A stretch of DNA of 64,000 bases from a virus (Duplodnaviria > Heunggongvirae > Uroviricota > Caudoviricetes). Shown piece by piece: positions 39,966 through 48,411 of this stretch; the stretch's first letter is position 1, and each line of letters opens with the position of its first letter. The notes beneath the pieces were generated by a model that was given only the letters and a program-made list of their open reading frames with translations, did not search any database and was not told the DNA's origin. The translations under genes and the position numbers were made by a program. The stretch lies in IMG/VR virus record IMGVR_UViG_3300027125_000001. The stretch is one strand, 5' to 3'.

Positions 39966-40661
39966 GATAAAATTATTTTTGCAATACTCATTAATTACTC
40001 TCATGTCTGGCCACGTGATCGTTTGCGACTTCCACGAAATTGGCCTGTACCATATGAATTCAATGTTGTTATTGACACAATCACTTAACGAGAAATTCAA
40101 TATATTTCTTATTTCTTCTTTAGTTAGATTTGTTTTATTTGAGTAATTTTCTATTAAAAATTTTTCATAGTACCTAACATCATAGTTTGGCTGCAATGCG
40201 AAAAATTTAAGCATCTCATCAATTTTCCCACCTATAATAATATCTAAAAAATAAGTGGTAGATGTCTCTATGCCAGCGATAGCTGTTAGCTTTTCGCGAT
40301 ACGACTTCGCCAGTATCTCTAAATATCTATCATAATCTTGACATAGTATATCAAAACGAGTCCTTAATACATATTCATATCCGTTTTCTTTAAGATACTT
40401 CAACCCATTATGTACAGTAATAAACTGTGGTTTATATATTTCTTGTTGTTTTACACTATTGTAAATGATTTTAAAATTGTTGTTTTTTAATTTGTCGACA
40501 TATTCAGGTGATTCATTTTCCCATATTGATGCTATTTTATTTGTCTGATTTTTGGTCTGTTCAATTAGAACATCAATGGTGTCACCGTGTACGTTTCCTG
40601 TGAATAAAATTGCAGTGTTTGGCATATAAATTAGTACCTCCGGAAGGACTTGCACCTTCAC
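39957..40661 (-). CDS. hypothetical protein inside the tRNA array
   Basis: 234-aa ORF between tRNA-Pro and the next tRNA. Confidence 0.4.
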   Translation of the reverse strand: MKVQVLPEVLIYMPNTAILFTGNVHGDTIDVLIEQTKNQTNKIASIWENESPEYVDKLKNNNFKIIYNSVKQQEIYKPQFITVHNGLKYLKENGYEYVLRTRFDILCQDYDRYLEILAKSYREKLTAIAGIETSTTYFLDIIIGGKIDEMLKFFALQPNYDVRYYEKFLIENYSNKTNLTKEEIRNILNFSLSDCVNNNIEFIWYRPISWKSQTITWPDMRVINEYCKNNFIWM

Positions 40662-40706
40662 CGTGTTGCTTATGAAACAACCATTCTACTTTTGAATTAC
40701 AGAGGC
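40634..40706 (-). tRNA. tRNA with anticodon CAU (second copy; Met/fMet/Ile2 type)
   Basis: 5' 15 nt identical to the tRNA-Lys gene (GCCTCTGTAATTCAA); anticodon stem GTTGT/GCAAC, loop TTCATAA; T-arm GAAGG-TGCAAGT-CCTTC; G1-U72; only A73-C74 encoded. Confidence 0.55.
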
Positions 40707-40709
40707 GTG

Positions 40710-40785
40710 TGGGGCTCAAAGTGGGAATCGAACCCACATCCCTTCCATACCAAGGAAATACACTCACCATTGTGCTATTCGAGCC
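40710..40785 (-). tRNA. tRNA-Thr (GGU)
   Basis: Anticodon loop TTGGTAT, T-arm GTGGG-TTCGATT-CCCAC, C73 CCA encoded. Confidence 0.6.
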
Positions 40786-40794
40786 AAAAGAAAT

Positions 40795-40868
40795 TGGAAG
40801 TCCCTGATGGAATTGAACCATCATAGTCGGAATCAAAATCCGATGCATTACCATTATGCTAAAGGACC
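40795..40868 (-). tRNA. tRNA-Gln (UUG)
   Basis: Anticodon stem TCGGA/TCCGA, loop TTTTGAT, T-arm GATGG-TTCAATT-CCATC, U73 CCA. Confidence 0.6.
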
Positions 40869-40876
40869 ATATAAAA

Positions 40877-40969
40877 TGGCGGGTAGCTGAGGACTTGCAC
40901 CCCAACCTAGGTTCGCTAGATCAATCCGCTTTCGAGACGGTTGCAGTACGCTTGTCTGCTTAACTACCC
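40877..40969 (-). tRNA. tRNA-Ser (CGA), class II
   Basis: 93 nt; anticodon loop CTCGAAA; variable hairpin CTAG-CGAAC-CTAG; variant T-loop TGCAAGT; G73 CCA; one of three near-identical paralogs. Confidence 0.55.
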
Positions 40970-40971
40970 AT

Positions 40972-41048
40972 TGGTGCGGCTGACAGGATTCGAACCTGCG
41001 ACAATATCCTTGGCAAGGATGCGCTCTACCAAATTGAGCTACAACCGC
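40972..41048 (-). tRNA. tRNA-Gly (GCC)
   Basis: D-arm GCTC-AATTTGGTA-GAGC, anticodon loop TTGCCAA, T-arm GCAGG-TTCGAAT-CCTGT, CCA encoded. Confidence 0.7.
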
Positions 41049-41054
41049 ATAAGA

Positions 41055-41128
41055 TGGAGGCCTATCCCAGAATTGAGCTGGGGACTATTCATTACGAGTA
41101 AATTGTTTTACCACTAAACTAATAGGCC
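41055..41128 (-). tRNA. tRNA-Thr (CGU)
   Basis: Acceptor GGCCTAT/ATAGGCC, anticodon stem ATTTA/TGAAT, loop CTCGTAA, T-arm CCCAG-CTCAATT-CTGGG, CCA encoded. Confidence 0.55.
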
Positions 41129-41133
41129 GAAAT

Positions 41134-41209
41134 TGGCACGTGCTGTCAGAATCGAACTGACCCAGTCGGATTTGGAGTCCAACTCGCCTGCCTTGGGACA
41201 TTAGCACGT
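41134..41209 (-). tRNA. tRNA-Trp (CCA)
   Basis: Anticodon stem TTGGA/TCCGA, loop CTCCAAA, T-arm GTCAG-TTCGATT-CTGAC, G73 CCA. Confidence 0.6.
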
Positions 41210-41218
41210 AAAAAGAAA

Positions 41219-41292
41219 TGGAGGTCCTGTCCGGAGTCGAACCGGAATCAACGCATTACAAGTGCGTCGTTTTACCATTAAACTAAAAGACC
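41219..41292 (-). tRNA. tRNA-Thr (UGU)
   Basis: Anticodon stem ACGCA/TGCGT, loop CTTGTAA, T-arm TCCGG-TTCGACT-CCGGA, CCA encoded. Confidence 0.6.
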
Positions 41293-41436
41293 GAAATGTG
41301 CTCCACTAAGAGTTAGCTATTTTCCAGTGAGCACTGTTATCATCTACAAACATGCACAAGCCCATGTTTGACCAGAGCCATATAAGGGATAGCTTGTGAG
41401 GATTTCCTCATAAAGTGTGGATAGTTGATGCTTAAT

Positions 41437-41529
41437 TGGCGGGTAACTGAGGACTTGCACCCCAACCTAGGATCACTAGATCAATCCGCTTTCAAGGCGG
41501 TTACAGCGCGCTTGTCTGTTTAGCTACCC
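41437..41529 (-). tRNA. tRNA-Ser (UGA), class II
   Basis: Paralog of 40877..40969 differing mainly in the anticodon hairpin (loop CTTGAAA). Confidence 0.55.
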
Positions 41530-41535
41530 ATAAAT

Positions 41536-41611
41536 TGGCGGTGCTGACGGGATTCGAACCCGCATCATCTATCGTGACAGGATAGCAATTTGCCGATTAA
41601 AATACAACACC
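41536..41611 (-). tRNA. tRNA-Asp (GUC)
   Basis: Anticodon stem CTATC/GATAG, loop CTGTCAC, T-arm GCGGG-TTCGAAT-CCCGT, G73 CCA. Confidence 0.65.
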
Positions 41612-41617
41612 AGAAAG

Positions 41618-41710
41618 TGGCGGATGAATGAGGACTTGCACCCCAACCTAGGATCACTAGATCAATCTGTCTTCCAAACAGATGCAGCACGCTTGTCTGC
41701 TTAATCATCC
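41618..41710 (-). tRNA. tRNA-Ser (GGA), class II
   Basis: Paralog of the two other Ser genes; anticodon stem ATCTGT/ACAGAT, loop TTGGAAG. Confidence 0.55.
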
Positions 41711-41714
41711 AAAT

Positions 41715-41791
41715 TGGTGGAGATGGTGGGAATCGAACCCACAACAGTCTGATTGCAAATCAGTCTCGCTAGCCTTAGTACATGCACCCCC
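41715..41791 (-). tRNA. tRNA-Ala (UGC)
   Basis: Acceptor GGGGGTG/CATCTCC gives the G3-U70 Ala identity pair; anticodon loop TTTGCAA; T-arm GTGGG-TTCGATT-CCCAC; A73 CCA. Confidence 0.65.
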
Positions 41792-41800
41792 ATTTGAAAT

Positions 41801-41889
41801 TGGTGGGTCCTCAAGGAGTTGAACCTTCTGCCGAACCGCCTGACATAACACGGCAATGGATTTACAGTCCACCGTCAGGAAAAGAACCC
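41801..41889 (-). tRNA. tRNA-Tyr (GUA), class II
   Basis: 89 nt; anticodon stem GTGGA/TCCAT, loop CTGTAAA; long variable arm; T-loop TTCAACT; A73 CCA. Confidence 0.55.
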
Positions 41890-42287
41890 TAAAAAAAGAT
41901 ATGTTATTCAGTGTACTACACTAGGAAACATCAAGCATTTGCTTTACTGGACCCTTGATATCAAGACATTTGATATCTGTAAAAATACTTCATACACTAT
42001 CAGCTTTTAACTGATGTCACTTTCTGTGATCGCTTGGGCGCTTCAGGTGCTCCCTTGTCGTGAACCTCGTTGTTTATTTTAACTTTTTTATTATAACTGC
42101 GGCGTGTTACACCTGCAAGTCTTTTTTAAAGTTTTTTTCAACTCGCGGATGATCGCTGAGCATCGAGGAGACGCCACTTGCAACCACCCGCAGCCATTCG
42201 ATTGGCTGTTGGAGTTGTATAAAAGAAATTAATCTCTGGCGTCTGTGTATTCACGTTAAAATTATTTATATTCGAGATTTACTATTT

Positions 42288-42584
42288 CTACTCTTTATAG
42301 TAAAGTTTTTCAAAATTCTTTAAGGCTTCACTATTAGAATTAAAGGTAGTCATTGCCAAATTATACATCTGGGTGCAAGTTTCCCAAACGGCATCAATGG
42401 ATCCGTCGCCAGTGTCTTGATAAAGGTTCATCATTTGTTTCAAAGAGGATTGGGTGTTGTCAATTGCGTCCTTGAGTGTCGTTTCAAGGCTAGCTACATT
42501 GGCGGCACAGGATTGGAGATCCACCTCCTCATTGATTGTTCCTAGATACTGGCGCTGTATTGTTTCGAATTTGGATTTGCTCAT
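42288..42584 (-). CDS. hypothetical protein
   Basis: 98-aa ORF. Confidence 0.4.
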   Translation of the reverse strand: MSKSKFETIQRQYLGTINEEVDLQSCAANVASLETTLKDAIDNTQSSLKQMMNLYQDTGDGSIDAVWETCTQMYNLAMTTFNSNSEALKNFEKLYYKE

Positions 42585-42757
42585 ATACTTATTTATATAG
42601 TTACAAACAAAATACTATCCATATGCTTTAGAACCTAGCGACTTCATCGTTACTATCACTACAGAAATCTAAAAATCAAGGGGCTAGATGAGAATTGCCT
42701 AAAAATATCTCATCTAGCCCCCTTAAGGATGGTTCTTCGATTGCTTAATTATTCCTA

Positions 42758-43111
42758 TTAGTAAAGATCTTGATCGTTGTCAAATTGATCCTTCAATTCA
42801 GATAGTAGAAATTTTTCTACTTCCGGAGTAATTTGTCCTGTGACATCTACCTCTTGTGGGTTATCACTATCATCGAAGTAATACACCCTGTCAATAGAAC
42901 CATCTTGCCACTCAGGAACACTCAATGGTTCGCCACCACCACCTTCATCAGAATAAGAGGAGTATTCGACAGTACCCTCTACATAGAAAGGACCTCCAGA
43001 CATTCCAGGAATTTCCTCTACTACAAATTCATATTGCTCAGACATGCCGTTGCTTTCGTTTAGAACTTTACGATATTGCTCAAAGATTAATTGATTTTCA
43101 CGATATTTCAT
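42758..43111 (-). CDS. hypothetical acidic protein
   Basis: 117-aa ORF. Confidence 0.4.
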   Translation of the reverse strand: MKYRENQLIFEQYRKVLNESNGMSEQYEFVVEEIPGMSGGPFYVEGTVEYSSYSDEGGGGEPLSVPEWQDGSIDRVYYFDDSDNPQEVDVTGQITPEVEKFLLSELKDQFDNDQDLY

Positions 43112-43130
43112 ATACCTTTATTTAGTCCAT

Positions 43131-43670
43131 TCAATGGACTAAATCCTTTGGCCAGTGGCATATAAATCTTTTGCCCTTAGATATGGCTGCTTTCATATCG
43201 TCAATCATGAGATCTGCTTCATCGTGTCTATTATTGTCACGAAGTGCCTTCGCAATTTTGTGCGCTCGCACTCGCCCAGTGAGTTTATATTTCTTAGCCC
43301 GCTGATGGTCATCAGTAACCTGATACCCATAAATTCGAAATATATCAGCAGCAGTGTAAGGTTCTTGTTCTAATCGCCAAATGGCATGATACTTCTTTTT
43401 ATTGTCGTCCATCATATAATTCATACAATAGACACTTCGACCATCAGGACCTGTCATATTTATACGATAACGACCAATGCCTTTTCGGTTATTGCCAGTT
43501 GTATGAAAGATGGTTCTTTGCGTAATTTCAATTGGTTCATCAGTGACCGCATCAAATACAAATGCACCCTCTGGTGCAGACACCTGCATCCCCTTTAAAA
43601 TTTGCTGAGAGCAATTTTCAAGTTTGATAAAAGCCATATTAGATACTGCAAATATATACTTGCTTACCAC
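43131..43670 (-). CDS. hypothetical protein co-transcribed with the macro-domain gene
   Basis: 179-aa ORF overlapping the upstream macro-domain gene by 32 nt. Confidence 0.4.
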   Translation of the reverse strand: MVSKYIFAVSNMAFIKLENCSQQILKGMQVSAPEGAFVFDAVTDEPIEITQRTIFHTTGNNRKGIGRYRINMTGPDGRSVYCMNYMMDDNKKKYHAIWRLEQEPYTAADIFRIYGYQVTDDHQRAKKYKLTGRVRAHKIAKALRDNNRHDEADLMIDDMKAAISKGKRFICHWPKDLVH

Positions 43671-44082
43671 TGGATCCGAATGTCTTGGTGATCATTTCGA
43701 GAACATAATCCCAGTCTCCACCACCAAGCCCACAACCAATCCGATATGGGATGTAGATATCACGATGGGCGGACTTTTCGATCAGCTGGAATCCCTTAGC
43801 AAGGGCGATGTAATCAGTTTGTCTCGACCCCAGACCAATATTATATTGACCAAATAGATTGCAAATATGAAGTTTAGGCGCAACTTGCACCCACAAGACA
43901 TCACCAAGAAGACTCTTTGATCTTCCTTCTCGTTTGACTTTTTCTTTATAGACACGAACATTGGTAGGCCATAGGCGACCAATTGCACCAGCCAACCCTC
44001 CCACGGCACCAATGCAGTTGACGGAATGAACAATTGTTCCCTCTTTAACAGTCAAGATGTTTTTATTGATTTGTGAGACCAT
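43639..44082 (-). CDS. macro-domain (ADP-ribose binding/hydrolase-like) protein
   Basis: IVHSVNCIGAVGGLAGAIGRLWP resembles the macro-domain (I/V)VNAAN...GGGGV(D/A)GAIHRAAG core; 147 aa. Confidence 0.4.
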   Translation of the reverse strand: MVSQINKNILTVKEGTIVHSVNCIGAVGGLAGAIGRLWPTNVRVYKEKVKREGRSKSLLGDVLWVQVAPKLHICNLFGQYNIGLGSRQTDYIALAKGFQLIEKSAHRDIYIPYRIGCGLGGGDWDYVLEMITKTFGSSGKQVYICSI

Positions 44083-44097
44083 GATTTAATATATTAC

Positions 44098-44622
44098 GTG
44101 CGGGTGTTGGAAGCCGCAACTGATTATATCAAACACCAAATCACAAAATGTAGTTGTCACCAGCAACACCCGATAGTATTTTATTGCATGCCGAAAAAAG
44201 CAAAACCATTCGTGTTGGACATTGACAAAGTCAAAGCCGATCACCAAAAAGGTAAATTCCCATACAAGATTCCATGTTCTTCATGCAACAAACTCTGCGG
44301 GAACACCTCAATGGAAATTTTTAATACTAGGATCAAATCGTACGGGAGCATCGATAAACTGTACGCCAACTATGTTTGTACAGACTGTCGAAAAAATAAG
44401 CAAATCGCCCCAATTAAAGAAAATTCAACACCAGCGATCGTATCACAAGCAAACAACAACAACCCAATTCCTATAGAGAGCCTGGGGAGGATGCCTGATG
44501 GATCAATCAATTACTGGTTTCGACATCCATTGTACCGACTGCCAGCGGTTCAACGAAAAATGGTTGAAACGTACGATGGGTATGTTACCTTTGTGAAAAC
44601 CGGCGTCGAAGACGATAATTAA
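44098..44622 (+). CDS. hypothetical Cys-rich (zinc-ribbon-like) protein
   Basis: CSSCNKLC...CTDCRKNK pairs; 174 aa. Confidence 0.4.
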   Translation: MRVLEAATDYIKHQITKCSCHQQHPIVFYCMPKKAKPFVLDIDKVKADHQKGKFPYKIPCSSCNKLCGNTSMEIFNTRIKSYGSIDKLYANYVCTDCRKNKQIAPIKENSTPAIVSQANNNNPIPIESLGRMPDGSINYWFRHPLYRLPAVQRKMVETYDGYVTFVKTGVEDDN

Positions 44623-44633
44623 TATATTAAGCA

Positions 44634-45005
44634 ATGAAAAAGCTATCTCAAAAGGAAAGAATGGAGATTACTCTCAGAATGTATGGGGACAAACACAAAG
44701 AATTTCGCAAATCAGATCCAACACCGAAAGAAGTAAGAGCGGCAAACATTAAAGTAGTTGTCGCACAACCCGAGTGGCAAAAAATTAGACATAGCTTTAT
44801 CGGCACATGGAATAATACGCCAGAAGAAAATATTAGGACGATGCGACGGTATGTAGGTAATATGAAAGATCCCATCAAGGTTCGCCAAGTTCTTAATTAT
44901 GTTACGTCGTCAGGATTTCGCATTGGCATTATTGATCATCCTGACATTACTAAATTCAGAGAAGAGGTAAGGGATGCTTGGAAAGAACTAAACAACAACG
45001 AATAA
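44634..45005 (+). CDS. hypothetical protein
   Basis: 123-aa ORF. Confidence 0.4.
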   Translation: MKKLSQKERMEITLRMYGDKHKEFRKSDPTPKEVRAANIKVVVAQPEWQKIRHSFIGTWNNTPEENIRTMRRYVGNMKDPIKVRQVLNYVTSSGFRIGIIDHPDITKFREEVRDAWKELNNNE

Positions 45006-45124
45006 TGAGATGAATATAACACACTGGCACAACTTAATCCCACCGCCGATACTCCCACCATTTATAATTTTGCTTATCTTGGTGGTCTACAGCTGGTACT
45101 TTTACATGATCAATCTGCGATAAT

Positions 45125-45592
45125 ATGAACAAAATATCAAACGAATTGGCAACCATCAATGAGACCAATGAACATATCAATCAAGTCCGAAATGTTCTTT
45201 ATGGTTTGATAAATCAATTAAGTGGCAGAGCATTAGATCACGACAAATCAAAACTATGTTCACCAGAGTTAGAGGCATTTGCTGCAACACAAGGCGAGTT
45301 GAAAGAAGTCGAATATGGCACCCCAGAATACGACCAACTGAAAGGCAAAGTAAAACTGGCGATTGATCACCATTACAAGAACAATAGGCATCACCCAGAA
45401 CACTTCGCTGGTGGTGTAAATGATATGAATTTGGTGGATATTATTGAAATGTTCGCTGACTGGGTTGCAGCAACTAAGCGCACAAAAAATGGGAACATTT
45501 TAACAAGCATTGAGAAAAATACCATTCGCTTTAAAATGGATGAACAGCTTACGCAAATCTTTTTGAATTCGGCTAAAGATTTTTCAGAGTAA
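45125..45592 (+). CDS. hypothetical protein (His-rich HHxxNNRHHPEH segment)
   Basis: 155-aa ORF. Confidence 0.4.
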   Translation: MNKISNELATINETNEHINQVRNVLYGLINQLSGRALDHDKSKLCSPELEAFAATQGELKEVEYGTPEYDQLKGKVKLAIDHHYKNNRHHPEHFAGGVNDMNLVDIIEMFADWVAATKRTKNGNILTSIEKNTIRFKMDEQLTQIFLNSAKDFSE

Positions 45593-45630
45593 CCACTTGA
45601 TTACATACACACCGCCCGCGATATTCAATT

Positions 45631-45864
45631 ATGATTGAATTCGCAATTAAAGTCACGACGCCAGGAGGTGCTGTAATCGTTTCTCGGCTTGAGAAAATTG
45701 AACCAGAAAAATATGCCCAATTTAGATTCGATCTTCGCAAGGCGATTGGTGAAGGCAATTTTTCAGTAATCGATGAAGATGGTGACATGGTGATTCTCCC
45801 AGAAAAAATCATGAAGGAAAGCATCGTGCAAATCGTCCAAACAAACGAAGTTAAATATTCATGA
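45631..45864 (+). CDS. hypothetical protein
   Basis: 77-aa ORF. Confidence 0.35.
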   Translation: MIEFAIKVTTPGGAVIVSRLEKIEPEKYAQFRFDLRKAIGEGNFSVIDEDGDMVILPEKIMKESIVQIVQTNEVKYS

Positions 45865-46220
45865 AGTACAAAATTCATTGTGCAGCTACTGGCGACGAGG
45901 TTTCAGCAAGGCCTGATGTATGGGAAAAAAGATTTGAGAAAATGGGAACCACAGCCGAAGGTGCCAAATATAACTATATCTCCAAAAAAGGCTTAAAAGA
46001 GATTAAGGAGGTTATGGTTTCAAATGATCTTAGCGCCGACAAAGCATTGGCGTATGTTCAAAATTTCCATGCTCTTTTGGAAGATCCAATCAGCACCCCC
46101 ATCTGGCCTTATTACTTGAGTCTCCTTGAAGGGAAGACTCTAGTTGAAGATTTTGAGATTGAAAACAAACCAAGCAGCACCGGACACATCAAAGAACAAA
46201 TTGAAACAATTGAAGTATGA
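45861..46220 (+). CDS. hypothetical protein
   Basis: 119-aa ORF, 4-nt overlap with neighbours (operon). Confidence 0.4.
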   Translation: MKYKIHCAATGDEVSARPDVWEKRFEKMGTTAEGAKYNYISKKGLKEIKEVMVSNDLSADKALAYVQNFHALLEDPISTPIWPYYLSLLEGKTLVEDFEIENKPSSTGHIKEQIETIEV

Positions 46221-46474
46221 ATATTGAAACACTCAAAAGCAAAATCCAAAAATGGAATAATGGACTTGAGACACTTGCAGAGTATCGCAAAGGATTACAA
46301 CTACCGTCTAATGCTTTCAGCAAAGATGAAATTATTGGATATCAAGCAGATTATCTATCAGCATTGCGAAATGACATTCTTGGTATTGCATATAGTTTTG
46401 ATAGGGTGAATGAACTACCTTCTGATCTCGGTGAGGCAGTTAAAGAAATCAAAAATACAGCAATTGCTAGTTGA
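46217..46474 (+). CDS. hypothetical protein
   Basis: 85-aa ORF. Confidence 0.35.
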   Translation: MNIETLKSKIQKWNNGLETLAEYRKGLQLPSNAFSKDEIIGYQADYLSALRNDILGIAYSFDRVNELPSDLGEAVKEIKNTAIAS

Positions 46475-46508
46475 TATACACAGCACCACACTTTACATTA
46501 AAACACAT

Positions 46509-46730
46509 ATGAAAACACGAAAGAACCTAAATCGCCAATGGTACAATAGCAACGACGTCCGCCCCAAGACGTTCCACCTCGAGGTCGAACGAACCCCGAA
46601 TGGTGGTTATCGAATTTTGGGTGCAGAGATTGTCAATGTCATTAACCAGCACGAACAAATCTGTCAGCGGATCGACGTTAGAGACCTTGCATCTGACGTC
46701 AAGCGCAAGGGTGGAATTTACGCACTCTAA
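46509..46730 (+). CDS. hypothetical small basic protein
   Basis: Listed ORF 46410..46730 trimmed to internal ATG (MKTRKNLNRQWYN...) to avoid overlap. Confidence 0.3.
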   Translation: MKTRKNLNRQWYNSNDVRPKTFHLEVERTPNGGYRILGAEIVNVINQHEQICQRIDVRDLASDVKRKGGIYAL

Positions 46731-46749
46731 CACATACGGAAGTAAGCAA

Positions 46750-46779
46750 AAAGCCGGAGGGAGACCTCCGGCTTTTTTT
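46750..46779 (+). terminator. rho-independent terminator
   Basis: AAGCCGGAGG-GAGA-CCTCCGGCTT followed by TTTTTTT. Confidence 0.7.
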
Positions 46780-46870
46780 GTTGTTAAACATCAAGCACAA
46801 GCTAGTTGATTGCAGCACAACCCACATCCATATTAAAGAGTAATCAAACACCAAACACAAACAAACAATA

Positions 46871-47774
46871 TATGAAGCTTAGTTATCAAAAGTCCAGCAT
46901 GGTTCGTGTTTCTGAAATCAAAATTCCTGATGTGTTCTTCCGTCGGATGCACACAGGCATTGAAGTGGTTGATAAACTTTTTGGTGGTGAGGGAATCCTT
47001 CCGGGCATGGTATTCACTCTATCCGCCGCCGCAGGAGTTGGTAAGACTACGCTGATGCTTCAAATCTGCGAGGCTCTCGCCGATCAAGGATATGAAGCGG
47101 GATACGTGACTGGTGAAGAAACTACCACGATGCTCGCGTACAGCTGCCGCCGGTTGGGTTTGAAATCCGTTCAAGTATGTCACGAGACGGATGTGGAAGA
47201 AATCTGCAAGATGATGAAGCAAATGGACTTTCTGATCGTCGACAGCTTTGCTACACTTCAATTCGATGATAAGCGCATGGGAGATGCGGACGCAATTAAC
47301 AAAATCGTCTCCGCAGCCAAAGAGAGCGAATGTGCGGTTGGTATCATCCTCCATCAAACCAAAAACGGAAACTTCAAAGGAAGCACTGTGATTACTCATG
47401 CGGTTGATTGTAATATCGCAATCAGCATCAATGATGAATCTGATGATCATCGAGACATCCAAACCTCGAAAAACCGTTATGGTACCCCGTATAGTGGTGT
47501 GTTGAGAATCAGTCCAAGCGGATACGATTTGTCTGCGCTCGCTGATATGTCTGCATTCACTACCGCGTCCGCGAAATCGAAAAAATCACGCAAGGAAGAC
47601 CAGATCCTTTCTATGAAGGAACCGCCGAACATTACGATCGATCGCGTGGTTCAAGAACTGAATGTCAGCGAAGCATATGCTCGGCAGATGCTTTACAAGC
47701 TCAATAAGGAAAACAAACTCGTGAAGATCGGTTCGGGTTCGGATGCTGTTTGGAAATTCCCAATCAACAAATAA
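46871..47774 (+). CDS. RecA-superfamily ATPase (RadA/KaiC/DnaB-C-like fold) with C-terminal winged-helix-like region
   Basis: Walker A LSAAAGVGKTTLMLQI, Walker B FLIVDSF; ORF open from 46806, start ATG at 46871 chosen. Confidence 0.45.
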
Positions 47775-47811
47775 TGAGTGATTAAAATGTCACCACACTG
47801 TATAATATTGT

Positions 47812-48411
47812 ATGATCTCAAAGAGACCAATTTTAAAGCTCAATGCTAACTATCAACCACTAGAACCGGCTAGTTGGTCTGATATCATGGTTGGTATTTT
47901 CTCCAAATCTTTTGTCCCACTGGATATTAGCTACACCCAGAATGAGGATGGGTCGTACGATACTACGCAAATAGAATCGTTCATCGCAATCAAGGACTGG
48001 AAGCAATGGATCAAGCTACCTATTCGTCCTTGTGATGATTATGTACAAACATCCAAAGGACCAGTGCGGTTGCCCTCCATTGTGATCTGTAGCAGATTCG
48101 ACCGAATGGTCATTAAGAAGGGCAAATTTCCTACTAAGCAAAACATTTTTCGGAGAGATAACTATACTTGTGCATACACCGGAAAGAAACTACAAAAGAG
48201 TGAACTCAGTGTTGATCATATCATTCCTTCTAGCAGAGGTGGTACCAACACTTGGGATAATTTGGTCTGCTGTGATCGCGAAGTGAATAACGCTAAAGCA
48301 GATAGGACTCCGTCTGAATGTGGGTTGAAGTTGCTATGGAAACCCACCAAACCAAAAGATGGTGTAGTATTTGATATTTTGCGTGATGATTGGCAGATGT
48401 TCGTAAAATAA
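47812..48411 (+). CDS. HNH endonuclease
   Basis: CAYTGKK...DHIIPSSRGGTNTWDNLVCCDREVNNAK (Cys4 plus H-N-H). Confidence 0.6.
   Translation: MISKRPILKLNANYQPLEPASWSDIMVGIFSKSFVPLDISYTQNEDGSYDTTQIESFIAIKDWKQWIKLPIRPCDDYVQTSKGPVRLPSIVICSRFDRMVIKKGKFPTKQNIFRRDNYTCAYTGKKLQKSELSVDHIIPSSRGGTNTWDNLVCCDREVNNAKADRTPSECGLKLLWKPTKPKDGVVFDILRDDWQMFVK

Noticed and set aside
41890-41990. Sigma70-like promoter (TTGATG…TGAATA) or Bacteroidota-type -7 motif for the tRNA operon
   Set aside because: The matches are weak and ambiguous in AT-rich sequence. It is mentioned only as part of the noncoding-region finding, not annotated as a feature.
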